Assembly: GCA_963798915.1 (NCBI GenBank)
Contig: CAWCVB010000006.1
Location: 128,001 to 192,000, forward strand
From: an uncultured Gemmatimonadales bacterium
Lineage (GTDB): Bacteria > Gemmatimonadota > Gemmatimonadetes > Gemmatimonadales > GWC2-71-9
Direction of reading: 5' to 3'
DNA length: 64,000 bases
Position 1 is the stretch's first letter; the number at the start of each line of letters is the position of its first letter. The notes under the pieces are model-generated. The model worked only from the letters and a program-made list of their open reading frames with translations, did not search any database and was not told the origin of the DNA. A program made the translations under genes and the position numbers. This document shows positions 23,810-34,030 of this stretch, in pieces.

Positions 23810-25845
23810 CGCCGAATGGTGCGGATGATGTCGCCCTGAGTCAGGCGCACGAGGGTGGGGTATCCGGCGACCACCTTGCCGAAGACCGTATAGGTGCCAT
23901 CGAGATGAGGCTGCGGACTGAGATTGATGAACCATTGGCTGCTCCCCGTATCGGGGCCTGACAGGGCCATGCCGATGACCGGCTGATCATAGTGCTGGCT
24001 GTTGATCTCGTCCCGGACAAGCCGCCCGGACGACCCCCAGCCATCGCCACGCGGGTCCCCGTCCTGCACCACGAAGTCCGGGACGACGCGATGCCAGCGA
24101 TTGCCATCGAAAAAGTGACGGTCCACCAGCGACAGGAAATTGGCCACCGTGAGCGGAGCGTCGGGTCCCATGAGCTCGAGTTCCACCGTGCCACGCTGCT
24201 CGGTTTCGATTACGACGTGCGGACGGCGCACAGAATCTGGCGCCACGATGTATCGCCGCACGATCTCGCGATAGTCCTGGAGTGTTCGCCCCGGCTCGAG
24301 TGGATAGGCAGGGCCCCAGCGTGCGGCGGCGTCCGGCCAATATGACTCCGCCCATGCACGAATGACGTAATCGTCCGGTCGGCGTGCACGGCTGAACAGG
24401 GCCTGGTTCACATCCGCCTGCACCTGTCCCCCACGCTCACTGATCAGGCGGAGTCCGTCCAGGGCTGCGAGGGCGGCGTCGGGGAAGGAATCGCTTCCAG
24501 CCCGCAGGTAGGCGTCGGCAAGGCCGGCAATGTCCTCTGGCCTTCTGGCCCGGGCCAGAATGCCGGCGGCCACCGCCCGCATGACACCGTCGGACGAACG
24601 CAAGCGTCGGCGCGCGATGGCGAGCAACGGCGCATCTGGCTCAGCCTGGGAGGATGACCAGGCGAGGAGCGCCGCTGCCGCCACCCGGGAATCCCGGTCA
24701 TCCAGCAGCGCTGGCCTGGCGTGAAAGGAGCCGCTCGCCTCGGCCGCCGCCATCCGGCCGGGCCAGTCGGGTCGGCCGGCCCAGCGTTGCAGGCGGGGGC
24801 GCGCCGCCGTGGTGTCAATGCGTGACAGCGAGAGCAAGGCGGCCCGGTCAAGGGCAAAGAATGTTCCCTTGTCAATCACCTCGGTGAGCACGCGCACAGC
24901 GCCGGCTCCTCCCAGGTCGCCCAGGGACTGCGCGGCGCTCACCCGGACATTCGGCACCGGGTCATTCAAGCGGTCAGCGACGCGCTCGGCCATGCTGGAA
25001 TCACCCAGCGTGCCAATGGCGCGAAGCGCCGCTATGCGCACGCCCGGGTCGTCATCCGTGAGCAGCGGCAGCAGCAGGCGGGCGACCGCATCCCGTCCCA
25101 GACCGGCGCTGTCGACGAACGCCGGCGTGAAGGCCCGCACCGCGGCCGCGCGAGTGAGCGCCAGCGGATCGCGCATCGCCTCAGCCAGGCGCCGTGCCGC
25201 CGACGGTGGACGCAGGCGGCTCAGCGAATAGACCGCGCGCCATCGCATGTCGCCGCTGGTATCCGAAGTGAGCGGAAGCAAGGCGGTGACCGGCGCATCA
25301 GATCCCAGACGCCAGGCTTCCCGGGCGATACGCCGTCGCAGCAGTTCGAGGGCGTCCACGTCGAGTGCCACGCGGCCGCTCAGGATGGAACGGAAAATGT
25401 CCCCGACCCTGGGCCCGCCGATCTTTGCCAGCGAGGTCATGGCCTCAACCGCGCTCGAGATGTCCAGCACCGGCTCGGAGCGCAGTCGCTCGAGAATCGG
25501 ATCGATGGCGGCCGTATCTGCCAGCAGCCCCAGTCCGAAGACGGCGGAGAGCCGGACCGTCGTATCGGCATCCGTCATGGCCCGGATGAGCAAGTCGAGT
25601 CCGCGATGATCACCGATGCGACCGATGGCCACGGCGGCGAAGCTGCGGACCGATGAGTCAGGGTGGGTCAGAGCGGCATTGAGCACGGCCGAGTCGAATC
25701 GGCGGCTGTCCTCCGCCTGAAGCACCGGCGCCAGCACCTCGATGGTAGCACTTTCCTGCGCGTGGACACTTCGCACCGTGCCGGCATGGACAGCCAGGAG
25801 CGCCACGAAAACAACCACCCGTCGACAGACCGAAACACGCTTCAT
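23806..25845 (-). CDS. Secreted HEAT-repeat protein with C-terminal cyclophilin PPIase domain
   Basis: Repeated D..VR..A..ALG; APLTVANF, WHRVVPDFVVQDGDP and HLDGTYTVFG motifs. Confidence 0.9.
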   Translation of the reverse strand: MKRVSVCRRVVVFVALLAVHAGTVRSVHAQESATIEVLAPVLQAEDSRRFDSAVLNAALTHPDSSVRSFAAVAIGRIGDHRGLDLLIRAMTDADTTVRLSAVFGLGLLADTAAIDPILERLRSEPVLDISSAVEAMTSLAKIGGPRVGDIFRSILSGRVALDVDALELLRRRIAREAWRLGSDAPVTALLPLTSDTSGDMRWRAVYSLSRLRPPSAARRLAEAMRDPLALTRAAAVRAFTPAFVDSAGLGRDAVARLLLPLLTDDDPGVRIAALRAIGTLGDSSMAERVADRLNDPVPNVRVSAAQSLGDLGGAGAVRVLTEVIDKGTFFALDRAALLSLSRIDTTAARPRLQRWAGRPDWPGRMAAAEASGSFHARPALLDDRDSRVAAAALLAWSSSQAEPDAPLLAIARRRLRSSDGVMRAVAAGILARARRPEDIAGLADAYLRAGSDSFPDAALAALDGLRLISERGGQVQADVNQALFSRARRPDDYVIRAWAESYWPDAAARWGPAYPLEPGRTLQDYREIVRRYIVAPDSVRRPHVVIETEQRGTVELELMGPDAPLTVANFLSLVDRHFFDGNRWHRVVPDFVVQDGDPRGDGWGSSGRLVRDEINSQHYDQPVIGMALSGPDTGSSQWFINLSPQPHLDGTYTVFGKVVAGYPTLVRLTQGDIIRTIRR

Positions 25846-25863
25846 CGCATCTCCATGAGCGGC

Positions 25864-26310
25864 TCACACATCAAGGCGTACCGGATCCGGGACCGGCACC
25901 AGCCGGGACCGGATCGTTTCCGGCAGTCGTGCAGGACGCATGCCGGCGTCCAGCACCATCATGTCGGTCCGAGCGGTGGCGAGCAGACGGTTCGATTCCC
26001 CGTGCTCCACGGCGTAGCCGAAGGTGACCCGGCGCGAGGCGCAGTCGCGGACCCAGCATCGAACCTGCACAAGATCGTCGTACCGGGCAGGGCTGGCGTA
26101 GCGAATGGCGAGCCCACCGACCGCCAACCGGAAGCCCGACTCCTCCAGCTCACGGTAACTGATGCCCGTCCCCCTGAGGTGCTCAGTCCGTGCCACGTCG
26201 AGCCACACCACGTAGCGCGCATGGTAGGCGACCGCCATCTGGTCTGTCTCCGAATAATTGACGCGAAGCGTCACGGTCGACACACCTGGCAGGTTCATGG
26301 CGTGGAGCAT
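25864..26310 (-). CDS. YbgC/FadM-like acyl-CoA thioesterase
   Basis: VNYSETDQMAVAYHARY hotdog-fold motif; start could also be 26298. Confidence 0.85.
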   Translation of the reverse strand: MLHAMNLPGVSTVTLRVNYSETDQMAVAYHARYVVWLDVARTEHLRGTGISYRELEESGFRLAVGGLAIRYASPARYDDLVQVRCWVRDCASRRVTFGYAVEHGESNRLLATARTDMMVLDAGMRPARLPETIRSRLVPVPDPVRLDV

Positions 26311-26369
26311 CCGGGTTGGAGATTCGGGATCGCGTTGCGACCGACACAGGACGAACGGTATCTTGTGCC

Positions 26370-27095
26370 GTGCCGGTACAACGCCTGCTCGTCGTCGGGG
26401 ACGCCCATATCGGGGCCGCGCCACCGGAGAATGAGTCCGCCCTTCTTCGCTTCTTCCGCGAGGCGCCGGGCCGGGCCGACTCGCTGCTGGTCGTCGGCGA
26501 CCTGTTCGAATTCTGGTTCGGCTGGCGGGAGACGATCCCCCGGCGCGCCTTCCCCATTGCCGCTGCCCTCGCGGAGCTGGCCGCGCGCATGCCGGTCAGC
26601 ATGGTGGGCGGCAACCACGACCGCTGGGGCCGGCCATTCTGGGCCTCGACCGCGGGGCTCGCCTGGTCCCGCGCCGCACTGGAATTCCCGCTCGGCGGCC
26701 GCATGATCCGGGCCCTGCACGGCGACGGTCTCGCCGAGCGACCTGGACGACTCCGCTGGACGCATCGGCTCATCGGTCACCCAGCCACCGCTGCAATCTT
26801 CGCCCTGCTGCACCCGGACATCGGCGTCTGGCTGGTGGATCGCGTGGCGCCGCATCTCGGCGACCGCAACGCTACCCCGGCGCATCGTGCCGCGAGCGCG
26901 GCACGGCAACTGGCCTACGCACGCCTTGCCTCTGCCGGCACGGTTCCGCCCTGGATGCTCATCATGGGTCACACGCACGTGGCAGCCTACGAGGAGCTGG
27001 CTCCGGGCAGCTTCTACCTGAATCCGGGGCCCTGGCTGGAGGAGCAGCGCTACGCCATCGTGGACGCGGACGGTGCAGCGCTCCGGACCTTCTAG
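26370..27095 (+). CDS. lpxH: UDP-2,3-diacylglucosamine diphosphatase (LpxH-like metallophosphoesterase)
   Basis: GDAH, GDLFEFW, GNHD, HGD and GHTH motifs. Confidence 0.75.
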   Translation: MPVQRLLVVGDAHIGAAPPENESALLRFFREAPGRADSLLVVGDLFEFWFGWRETIPRRAFPIAAALAELAARMPVSMVGGNHDRWGRPFWASTAGLAWSRAALEFPLGGRMIRALHGDGLAERPGRLRWTHRLIGHPATAAIFALLHPDIGVWLVDRVAPHLGDRNATPAHRAASAARQLAYARLASAGTVPPWMLIMGHTHVAAYEELAPGSFYLNPGPWLEEQRYAIVDADGAALRTF

Positions 27096-27886
27096 TCGAG
27101 CGGCACCACTTCCGCGCGCTCCAGCCGCGCTCCGACAAACCGCGCTCCTACAGCGAGAAACCGGCTGGCATCATCGCTCACCGCAAAACGGTGAGTACCA
27201 ATCGTCCCATTGGCTTCGAGCTGTTCGCGCTTCAGGATCTCGGCCAGGGCGATAGCCGTTTGCTCGGCGGAATCGATCAACGTGACCTGATCGCCTACGA
27301 CCCGCTGCAGGAGCGGCTTGATGAGCGGATAGTGGGTGCAACCCAGCACCAGGGTGTCCATCCCGCTCGCCATGAGAGGTGCCAGATACTCGCGGGCGAC
27401 GAGTTCCAGCGCCGGGTGGTCAAACCACCCTTCCTCGATGAATGGCACCAGCAGCGGGCAGGCGCGCTGGTTGACCGCGGTGTCCGGCCGCCGGCGGCGG
27501 ATGGCTGCCGGATAGGCCTCACTGGCAATCGTACCAGCGGTTCCGATAACGCCGACGCTGGCACGGGTCGCGGCGGCGGCGGCACGAGCGCCAGGCTCGA
27601 TGACGCCAATCACCGGCACCGGCGAAATCTCCTTCAGCTCCGGAAGGGCGTGCGCCGTGCTGGTGTTGCACGCCACGACCACAGCCTTGACGTTCTGCGC
27701 CAGCAGCCAGCTCAGAATTTCCCGGCTGTAGCGCCGCACGGTGTCCGGCGACTTGGGGCCATAGGGCACGCGCGCCGTGTCACCGAAATAGACCGTCGAT
27801 TCCGCCGGCAGCCTGTCAAAGACGGCCCGCGCGACGGTGAGCCCACCGATGCCCGAGTCAAAGATCCCTATCGGGGCGGAATTCAT
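27092..27886 (-). CDS. murI: Glutamate racemase
   Basis: FDSGIGGLTV, ACNT and LGCTHYP motifs. Confidence 0.97.
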   Translation of the reverse strand: MNSAPIGIFDSGIGGLTVARAVFDRLPAESTVYFGDTARVPYGPKSPDTVRRYSREILSWLLAQNVKAVVVACNTSTAHALPELKEISPVPVIGVIEPGARAAAAATRASVGVIGTAGTIASEAYPAAIRRRRPDTAVNQRACPLLVPFIEEGWFDHPALELVAREYLAPLMASGMDTLVLGCTHYPLIKPLLQRVVGDQVTLIDSAEQTAIALAEILKREQLEANGTIGTHRFAVSDDASRFLAVGARFVGARLERAEVVPLD

Positions 27887-28413
27887 CGGAGGTGCAGAGG
27901 AATCGACGCGCCGGCGCTGAGACCGCCCGGGAAAGCCTTCAGGTCAAGTTCGGCCGGAAAATCCCAGAGCTTCGCCGACACGTAGGCTTCCAGCGCGCTG
28001 AGCACGTGATTGATTCCCATATACACCAACCAGTCCTCGCGCTTCCGGGTGTATTGATCGATCAGCACCTCGTCACCCGCATTCCTGGCCCGGTTCAGGT
28101 CGTGCTGGCTTTTCACTACCATCGTCGCCGTGCCGGCCTCGCCGGCAATGAACAGCAGTGCCGTGAGTTCGCGCCCGAGCGACAGCTGGCCCCAGCCGGG
28201 TACGACCAGCGATTTGAGCATGTTTCCTGTCGCACTCGGCCGATGAAGCGCAGCGGTATCGACCAACTGGGGCGCAGCGGCAGCTGGCGCGGAGTCCGTT
28301 GTGGTGGAATCCTGGGCTGACAGACTGCTCACAGCCAGGAGGAGCAACAGGCAGCCCGGCCACCAGGCGGCCGAGCGCCGCCGGTGGCGGGAGTGTGTGG
28401 GAATCGAACCCAC
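27883..28413 (-). CDS. Hypothetical exported/membrane protein (DUF5683-like); probable start inside tRNA-Sec
   Basis: Signal peptide, SLVVPGWGQ, ALEAYVSAKLWDF; start codon uncertain. Confidence 0.6.
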   Translation of the reverse strand: MGSIPTHSRHRRRSAAWWPGCLLLLLAVSSLSAQDSTTTDSAPAAAAPQLVDTAALHRPSATGNMLKSLVVPGWGQLSLGRELTALLFIAGEAGTATMVVKSQHDLNRARNAGDEVLIDQYTRKREDWLVYMGINHVLSALEAYVSAKLWDFPAELDLKAFPGGLSAGASIPLHLR

Positions 28414-28482
28414 CGGAGCCGCCAGTGGCGCCTCCGACGCGATTTTGAAGATCGGCCGGGCCACCAGACCCGTTCCACCCCC
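28385..28482 (-). tRNA. selC: tRNA-Sec(UCA)
   Basis: 98 nt; 6-bp D stem with TGGT loop, CTTCAAA anticodon loop, long variable arm, 5-bp T stem, G discriminator, encoded CCA. Confidence 0.88.
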
Positions 28483-28536
28483 AGGTGGGCTGTCCTGGGA
28501 GCGCGCCGCGCCGGGCGACGTCCAGGCGCGCATCTC

Positions 28537-28917
28537 TCAGTTCCCGATCACAGCGATAAGGTCGATCTCGACCCGGGCGCCTTTCGGCAGCCCGGCGGCC
28601 GCCACCGTGCTGCGGGCAGGCCGGTGTGCTCCAAAGTGACGCGCGTAGACCGCGTTCATTGCCTGAAAGTCGTCCATGTCCGCGAGATACACGGTCGTCT
28701 TGACGACACACGAAAGGTCGGCCCCGGCCGCGGCAAGTACCGCGACGAGATTGGCAAAGACCTGCTCGGTTTGCGCAGCGGTGTCCGCGCCCACGAGTTC
28801 CATGGTGACCGGGTCGAGCGCAATCTGGCCCGCTGTGTACAGCAGGTTGGCATGGCGCACGGCCTGGCTGTAGGGCCCGATGGCGCGGGGCGCCTGTTCA
28901 GTCGCGACAAAGTCCAT
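28537..28917 (-). CDS. ridA: RidA/YjgF family enamine deaminase
   Basis: AIGPYSQA, GQI, PARS and LPKGARVEI motifs. Confidence 0.9.
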   Translation of the reverse strand: MDFVATEQAPRAIGPYSQAVRHANLLYTAGQIALDPVTMELVGADTAAQTEQVFANLVAVLAAAGADLSCVVKTTVYLADMDDFQAMNAVYARHFGAHRPARSTVAAAGLPKGARVEIDLIAVIGN

Positions 28918-28919
28918 GA

Positions 28920-30593
28920 TCAGGAGAGACCCTCGATGGTGCCGTCCGCGGAGAGGTGCATCCCCTCCGCGGCAGGCGTTCTGGGCAGGCCCGGCATTGT
29001 CATGATGTCGCCGGCGAGGGCGACGACGAAGCCGGCCCCGGCGGAAGCGTAGACATCCCGAATGGTAATCTGGAAGCCGCTCGGGCGGCCAAGCCGGGAC
29101 GGATCATCGCTGAACGAATACTGGGTCTTGGCGATGCATACCGGCGTGGCACCGAGACCCATGGACTCGCACTGGGCAATCGAGCGCTCGGCCGCCGGCT
29201 GGAAAGTGACGCCGTCCGCGCCGTAGATTTCGCGAGCAATGGTCTCGATCTTGGCCTTGATCGGCGCCTCCGTGTCATAGATCGGATGAAAGCGGCCCTG
29301 GCCCTCGTCCAGCAGGGCAAGGACTTCCCTGGCGACGGCTTCCCCGCCCTCGCCGCCCTTTTCCCACACCTCACTCAGGGCGGCGCGCACGCCCCAGCTG
29401 TGGGCCGCATCCAGCACTGCCTGCACCTCCTCAGCTGAGTCGGTGACAAAACGGTTGAGTGCGACGACCAGTGGTACGCCGAACTTGCGGACGTTGGCGA
29501 CGTGCGCTTCCAGGTTCACCAGCCCACGTCGCAGCGCGGCCACGTCCGGCGTCCCGAGCGCGTCCTTCCGCACCCCGCCGTTCATCTTCAGCGACCGGAC
29601 GGTGGCCACGACTACCGCAGCCTCCGGATTCAGGTTGCCAAAGCGGCACTTGATGTCGAAGAACTTCTCGGCACCCAGGTCGGCCCCGAATCCTGCCTCG
29701 GTCAGGACGATGTCAGCCAGGGAGAGCCCCAGGCGCGTCGCCATGATGCTGTTGCAGCCGTGCGCGATATTGCCAAACGGCCCGCCATGGACCAGCGCGG
29801 GACCGCCTTCCAGCGTCTGCACCAGGTTGGGCAGGAGCGCATCCTTGAGCAGCAGCGTCATGGCGCCCGCGGCCTTGAGGTCGCCGGCGGTCACCGGCGT
29901 CTTGTCGCGCCGCAGGCCCACGATGATGCGGGCCAGGCGCGCCTCGAGATCCTCGAGATCGGTGGCCAGGCAGAGAATGGCCATGATCTCACTGCCGGGA
30001 ACAATGACGAAACGGTCCTCCCGTGCGGGCCCCCCGTTGAGCCCGCCCAGTCCGACGACGATGGATCGGAGCGCACGGTCGTTCATGTCCATGGTCCGGG
30101 GCCAGCTGATGCGGCGCTGATCCAGGCCCAGGGCATTGCCCTGATAGAGATGATTGTCAAGCAGGGCGGAGAGGAGATTGTGAGCCGAGGTGATCGCGTG
30201 GAAATCGCCGGTGAAATGCAGATTAATCTCGTCCATCGGGACCACCTGGGCGTAGCCGCCGCCGGCGGCCCCTCCCTTGACGCCGAAGACCGGGCCCAGC
30301 GATGGCTCGCGGATACAGACCATGACCTTCTGCTTCAGTCGCCGCATCGCCTGCGCCAGGCCGACCGTCACCGTGCTCTTGCCTTCGCCAGCCGGCGTCG
30401 GGTTGATGCCCGTGACCAGCACGAGCCGGCCTCGGGGCTTGCGTGCCCGCAGCGCCTCCATGGTAACCTTGGCCTTGTAGCGCCCGTAGGGAAGAAACTC
30501 GTCGGGGCCCAGCCCGGCCTCCGCTGCCACATCGGCAATGGGGCGGAGCCGGGCTGCCTGCGCGATTTCGATGTCCGACGGAACTTTGCTCAC
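28920..30593 (-). CDS. fhs: Formate--tetrahydrofolate ligase
   Basis: [19 protein letters not shown] and [14 protein letters not shown] motifs; GTG start with GGAGG SD. Confidence 0.97.
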   Translation of the reverse strand: MSKVPSDIEIAQAARLRPIADVAAEAGLGPDEFLPYGRYKAKVTMEALRARKPRGRLVLVTGINPTPAGEGKSTVTVGLAQAMRRLKQKVMVCIREPSLGPVFGVKGGAAGGGYAQVVPMDEINLHFTGDFHAITSAHNLLSALLDNHLYQGNALGLDQRRISWPRTMDMNDRALRSIVVGLGGLNGGPAREDRFVIVPGSEIMAILCLATDLEDLEARLARIIVGLRRDKTPVTAGDLKAAGAMTLLLKDALLPNLVQTLEGGPALVHGGPFGNIAHGCNSIMATRLGLSLADIVLTEAGFGADLGAEKFFDIKCRFGNLNPEAAVVVATVRSLKMNGGVRKDALGTPDVAALRRGLVNLEAHVANVRKFGVPLVVALNRFVTDSAEEVQAVLDAAHSWGVRAALSEVWEKGGEGGEAVAREVLALLDEGQGRFHPIYDTEAPIKAKIETIAREIYGADGVTFQPAAERSIAQCESMGLGATPVCIAKTQYSFSDDPSRLGRPSGFQITIRDVYASAGAGFVVALAGDIMTMPGLPRTPAAEGMHLSADGTIEGLS

Positions 30594-30609
30594 GATCCCT
30601 CCCAAGGCG

Positions 30610-31377
30610 TCAACCTGCAATCCGCTCTCCAAATATCCGGCGCGCATTGTCGCCGGTCAGACGCTCCACCGCAGTCGCTTCCCATCCCAGCACCTGGGCC
30701 AGGCGGTCGGCCACCAGACCCACATATGCCGGCTCATTGCGCCGGCCGCGATGGGGCACCGGCGCCAGGTATGGGCCGTCCGTCTCGAGGAGCAGTGATG
30801 CTTCCGGTACCCGGCGAATGGCATCGTCGGCCTTCCAGCTTCGGAAGGTGATCATGCCGCTGAACGAGATGGCGTGTCCCAGTTCGATGGCTGCGTCGAG
30901 CAGGCCATCCCCGCTGCTGAACGAGTGAAGAATGCAGCGCACGCGCGGATGCTCGCGCAGGATGGCGATGACATCGTCGTCGGCCTCGCGGGCGTGCACG
31001 ATCGCGGGCTTGCCCGCCTCCAGGGCCAGCGCAAGCTGGGCACCGAAGGCGCGTTGCTGGACAGCGCGCGGCGAGTGGTCGTAGTGATAATCCAGCCCCA
31101 TCTCACCAGCAGCCACCACCTCGGGCCTGCCCAGTCGTTCACGGAGCCAGTCCGCCGTCGTGTCTGACCATTCGGATGCCACGTGCGGGTGCACGCCCGC
31201 CGTCGCCGACCAGTGGGGCTGGCCCTGGACCAGATCAATCACCCGCTCGGACGTCTCGCGCGAGTCGCCGATGACCACCACGTGGGCGACGCCCGCCTCC
31301 CGTGCGCGCACTGCCACCTCAGCGCGATCGGGGTCGTATGCCGAATCGCCGAGATGGCAGTGCGTGTCCACGAGCAT
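30610..31377 (-). CDS. tatD: TatD family hydrolase
   Basis: DTHCH, GVHPH, GEMGLDY and ETDGPYL motifs. Confidence 0.93.
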   Translation of the reverse strand: MLVDTHCHLGDSAYDPDRAEVAVRAREAGVAHVVVIGDSRETSERVIDLVQGQPHWSATAGVHPHVASEWSDTTADWLRERLGRPEVVAAGEMGLDYHYDHSPRAVQQRAFGAQLALALEAGKPAIVHAREADDDVIAILREHPRVRCILHSFSSGDGLLDAAIELGHAISFSGMITFRSWKADDAIRRVPEASLLLETDGPYLAPVPHRGRRNEPAYVGLVADRLAQVLGWEATAVERLTGDNARRIFGERIAG

Positions 31378-31379
31378 GC

Positions 31380-32357
31380 TCAGGACGCCGTCTGGGTTCG
31401 CCTCCTGGGGGCACCGGGCTGTTCCTTCTTGCGCGTGCCGCGCACATTCGGCGCGGGCCACTTTTCCTCGATGGCCATCAGGATCGGGCTCGCCACATAG
31501 ATGGACGAGAACGTGCCGGTCGCCACGCCGAACAGCATCACCAGTGCGAATGGCCGGATGACTTCGCCGCCAAAGAAGGTGAGCGCCAGCAGCGAGGCGA
31601 TCGTGGTGCCGTGGGTCAGCACGCTGCGGGGCAGCGTCTCGTTGATGGACCGATTGAGGATATCCTTGAAGCTGGCGTCCTTGGACTTGTGCAGATTCTC
31701 GCGGGCGCGGTCAAAGATGATGATGGTGTCGTTCAGTGAATACCCCACCATGCTGAGCACGGCCGCCACCACCGTGAGGCTCACTTCCAGGTGCAGGAAC
31801 GAAATGAACGCGATGGTCGCGAGGATGTCATGGGCCGTCGCCAGCACCGCCGCCACGCCGAAGCGCCACTCGAAACGGAGCGCCAGATAGGCGAGCACGG
31901 CAAAGAACGAGAGGAAGATGGCGAGGAAGGCGCGCGAACGAAGCTCGCCGCCGACCTTGGGCCCGACGCCGTGGGTCCGCACCACCTCGTACGTGCCGTG
32001 GCCCAGCACCGCGTCGAGCGCTCCGGAGACTTCGCGCGCGGCCGCCTGCGTATCGTTGGGGTCGGTGCCGGCCAGGGACGAGCGGGCCCGAATGACATAA
32101 TCCTGGTCACTGCCGAAGGATTGGATCTCGGCGTTGTGGATACCGTGTGCCTCCAGCCCGCTGCGCAGCTGGCTCACGTCCACGGCCTGGGCGCTGTGGA
32201 CCTGGATCAGCGTGCCGCCAGTGAACTCCACGCTGTAATTGAGGCCGCGCACGGCCAGCACGATGAGCCCGGGAATCACGAACAGCGCCGTGACGGCGTA
32301 CGCCCAGCGTCGCAGGCCGATGAAGTCGTAGTTGGCGTGGGCAAAGAAGCGAGTCAT
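31380..32357 (-). CDS. secF: Protein translocase subunit SecF
   Basis: EFTGG, VGPKVG and GYSLNDTIIIFDR motifs. Confidence 0.96.
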   Translation of the reverse strand: MTRFFAHANYDFIGLRRWAYAVTALFVIPGLIVLAVRGLNYSVEFTGGTLIQVHSAQAVDVSQLRSGLEAHGIHNAEIQSFGSDQDYVIRARSSLAGTDPNDTQAAAREVSGALDAVLGHGTYEVVRTHGVGPKVGGELRSRAFLAIFLSFFAVLAYLALRFEWRFGVAAVLATAHDILATIAFISFLHLEVSLTVVAAVLSMVGYSLNDTIIIFDRARENLHKSKDASFKDILNRSINETLPRSVLTHGTTIASLLALTFFGGEVIRPFALVMLFGVATGTFSSIYVASPILMAIEEKWPAPNVRGTRKKEQPGAPRRRTQTAS

Positions 32358-32359
32358 AG

Positions 32360-34000
32360 TCAGATGCTCAGCGTGGACATCTCGGGCCGTCGTTCCAGCC
32401 AGAGAATGAAGAAGGTCCGCGTGACAAATACCGCGGTGATCATGGAGGCGATGATGCCGAGGATCAGCGTGACCGCGAATCCCTTGACCGGGCCCGTCCC
32501 GAACTGGAAGAGGAAGAGCGCCGTCAGCACCGTGCTCACGTTGGAGTCCACGATGGCGTTCATCGCATGGCGGAAGCCCTCATCGACGGCCAGCCGCACG
32601 CTCTTGCCGTGCTGCAGCTCCTCGCGGATCCGCTCGAAGATCAGCACGTTGGCGTCGACCGCGATGCCTACCGAGAGGACCAGGCCGGCAAAACCGGGCA
32701 GCGTCAGCGTCGCATCCAGTGCCGCGAGGCCCGCCAGGGTGAAGAGCACGTAGAGGACGAGCGCCAGCACCGCGAGTGCCCCGCTGACACGATAGTAGAC
32801 GAGCATGATCAGTACCACGAGCACCGTCCCGATGATGCCGGCCTTGATGCCCGCCGTGATCGAGTCGGCACCCAGGCTGGCGCCCACCTGGCCCTGCTCG
32901 ACGATCTTGAGCGGAATCGGCAGCGCGCCAGCCCGGAGGGTCAGCGCCAGGTCCTGCGCGTCGCCGATCGACTTCCCCTGCAGGGTGATCCGTCCACTGC
33001 GCCCGATCCGGTCCTGGATGACGGGCGGCCGCCCCTGCACCGCGCCATCCAGCAGGATGGCCATGTAATCGCCAATGTGCCGGCCGGTCTCCTCGCCAAA
33101 ACGCCGGCCGCCGGCGTGATCAAGCTCAAAATTCACGACCGGGCCGTTGGTGATCGGGTCCAGCTGGGCCTGGGCGTCCACCAGCCGGTCACCGGTGACC
33201 ATGGCGCGGGTGTCAAGCGTATACAGGTAGCGGTACGACTCGACTCCAACGCTCACCGGGAGGGAACTCCATCGCAGGGCCACCCCGCGAGGCAGTACTC
33301 GCTGCACCGACGGAATATTGATGAGACTGTCGACGCGGGGGTATGCGGTTTCCTTGACCAGGTACTCGCCCGGCATCTGTCCCGATGGCTGAATCAGGTC
33401 TTCCAGCACGCCGCCCGCCGCTGCGGCGGTGTCGGCAGCCGTGGAGTCGGCCGCGTTCGTGGAGTCACCGCCCAGCAGCTGTTGCACCGCCGAAGGCCTG
33501 GCGGGTGCCGCACCCGGGCCCCCCGTTACGCCCAGCGTCCGCAGCTCGCGGTCCATGGCGGGAAGCGCATTCTCGAGCGCATTGCTCTTGTCGGTGAGCC
33601 GGAATTCGAGGAAGGCGCTGCGCTCGACAATGGCCTTGGCGCGCTCGGGATCGGTGATGCCGGCCAGCTCGACAACGATGCGGTCGTCACCCTGCTGCTG
33701 GATGAGCGGCTCCTCGACCCCGAATTCGGCAATGCGCTTGCGGAGCACCTGGAGCGCGAGCCCGATATCACGCTTCACGTCGCTGCTGACCTGCTTGCTC
33801 TGGTCCAGTTCGAGCTCGAGGTGCATGCCGCCCTGGAGGTCGAGCCCGAGCTTGATGGGGATGCGCCGTTCCACGGTATCACGGATGACGTTGTTCTCGC
33901 CCCGGATCCGTGAGGTGACGGTTCGGGGAAAGAGGAAATACCCACTCGCCACGAGAAGCACGCCGATGATGATCAGCCGATTGCGGATAGAATCGAACAT
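32360..34000 (-). CDS. secD: Protein translocase subunit SecD
   Basis: LGLDLQGG, LTLPG and AVDANVLIFERIREE motifs. Confidence 0.96.
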   Translation of the reverse strand: MFDSIRNRLIIIGVLLVASGYFLFPRTVTSRIRGENNVIRDTVERRIPIKLGLDLQGGMHLELELDQSKQVSSDVKRDIGLALQVLRKRIAEFGVEEPLIQQQGDDRIVVELAGITDPERAKAIVERSAFLEFRLTDKSNALENALPAMDRELRTLGVTGGPGAAPARPSAVQQLLGGDSTNAADSTAADTAAAAGGVLEDLIQPSGQMPGEYLVKETAYPRVDSLINIPSVQRVLPRGVALRWSSLPVSVGVESYRYLYTLDTRAMVTGDRLVDAQAQLDPITNGPVVNFELDHAGGRRFGEETGRHIGDYMAILLDGAVQGRPPVIQDRIGRSGRITLQGKSIGDAQDLALTLRAGALPIPLKIVEQGQVGASLGADSITAGIKAGIIGTVLVVLIMLVYYRVSGALAVLALVLYVLFTLAGLAALDATLTLPGFAGLVLSVGIAVDANVLIFERIREELQHGKSVRLAVDEGFRHAMNAIVDSNVSTVLTALFLFQFGTGPVKGFAVTLILGIIASMITAVFVTRTFFILWLERRPEMSTLSI

Positions 34001-34030
34001 GGCCGCCCAGAGACGCGGGCCAAGCGCCCG

